A DNA stretch of 63,957 bases, the filler included, from Octopus bimaculoides (Eukaryota), in assembly GCF_001194135.2 (NCBI RefSeq). It is 7 parts of 4 records of this genome, joined end to end, with 100 filler letters (N's around TTAATTAATTAA, not from the genome) between each part and the next. Parts side by side here need not be neighbours in the genome. Positions count along the whole stretch, not along the records: positions 62,831 to 63,957 come from NC_068984.1; 6 more parts are not named here. One strand, written 5' to 3'. Positions 63,802-63,957 of this stretch are shown here, one piece after another. A model generated the notes under the pieces. It saw only the letters and a program-made list of their open reading frames with translations, did not search any database and was not told the DNA's origin. The stretch's first letter is position 1, and each line of letters starts with the position of its first letter. The position numbers and the translations under genes are program-made.

Positions 63802-63957
63802 AAGACAACTGGTGTAGGGCAGAGCTACCTTAAACCTGCTGGTTCCTGAAATTAGCGTTTTATAGATATTCTGTTGACCCTCACGCAATGAGGTGAAGTT
63901 CTGGCATTCACTATTTCTCCCATTTACTGAACCACCAGGCGAGAGAGAGAGAGATAG

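Overview
This is AT-rich, repeat-dominated eukaryotic genomic DNA. The SINE families and the dense (TA)n/(CA)n/(TAA)n microsatellites look like an octopus-type cephalopod genome; this is inferred from repeat recognition, not a database search. The window is a draft-assembly patchwork with many N gaps. Six of them are 100-bp scaffold joins carrying an artificial TTAATTAATTAA spacer. I found no supportable host protein-coding gene, and most ORFs in the track are microsatellite artefacts. Recognisable coding remnants are all transposon-derived: a still-open Helitron-type PIF1 helicase frame running off the left edge, a Tc1/mariner (maT-like) copy, a deleted mariner, a hAT (Tip100-like) transposase relic, CR1-like and RTE-like LINE fragments, R4/Dong-like retrotransposon fragments and Penelope-like GIY-YIG relics. 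Dozens of SINE copies are also present. The most notable signal is a set of minimal type I hammerhead ribozyme motifs with palindromic stem III. Two identical, nearly canonical copies sit in a head-to-tail ~530-bp tandem repeat (6942-8004, minus strand), a retrozyme-like arrangement predicted to release a 532-nt RNA. Two foldback elements carry ribozyme motifs in both arms (1355-1630 and 51104-51874), and several relic motifs occur elsewhere.
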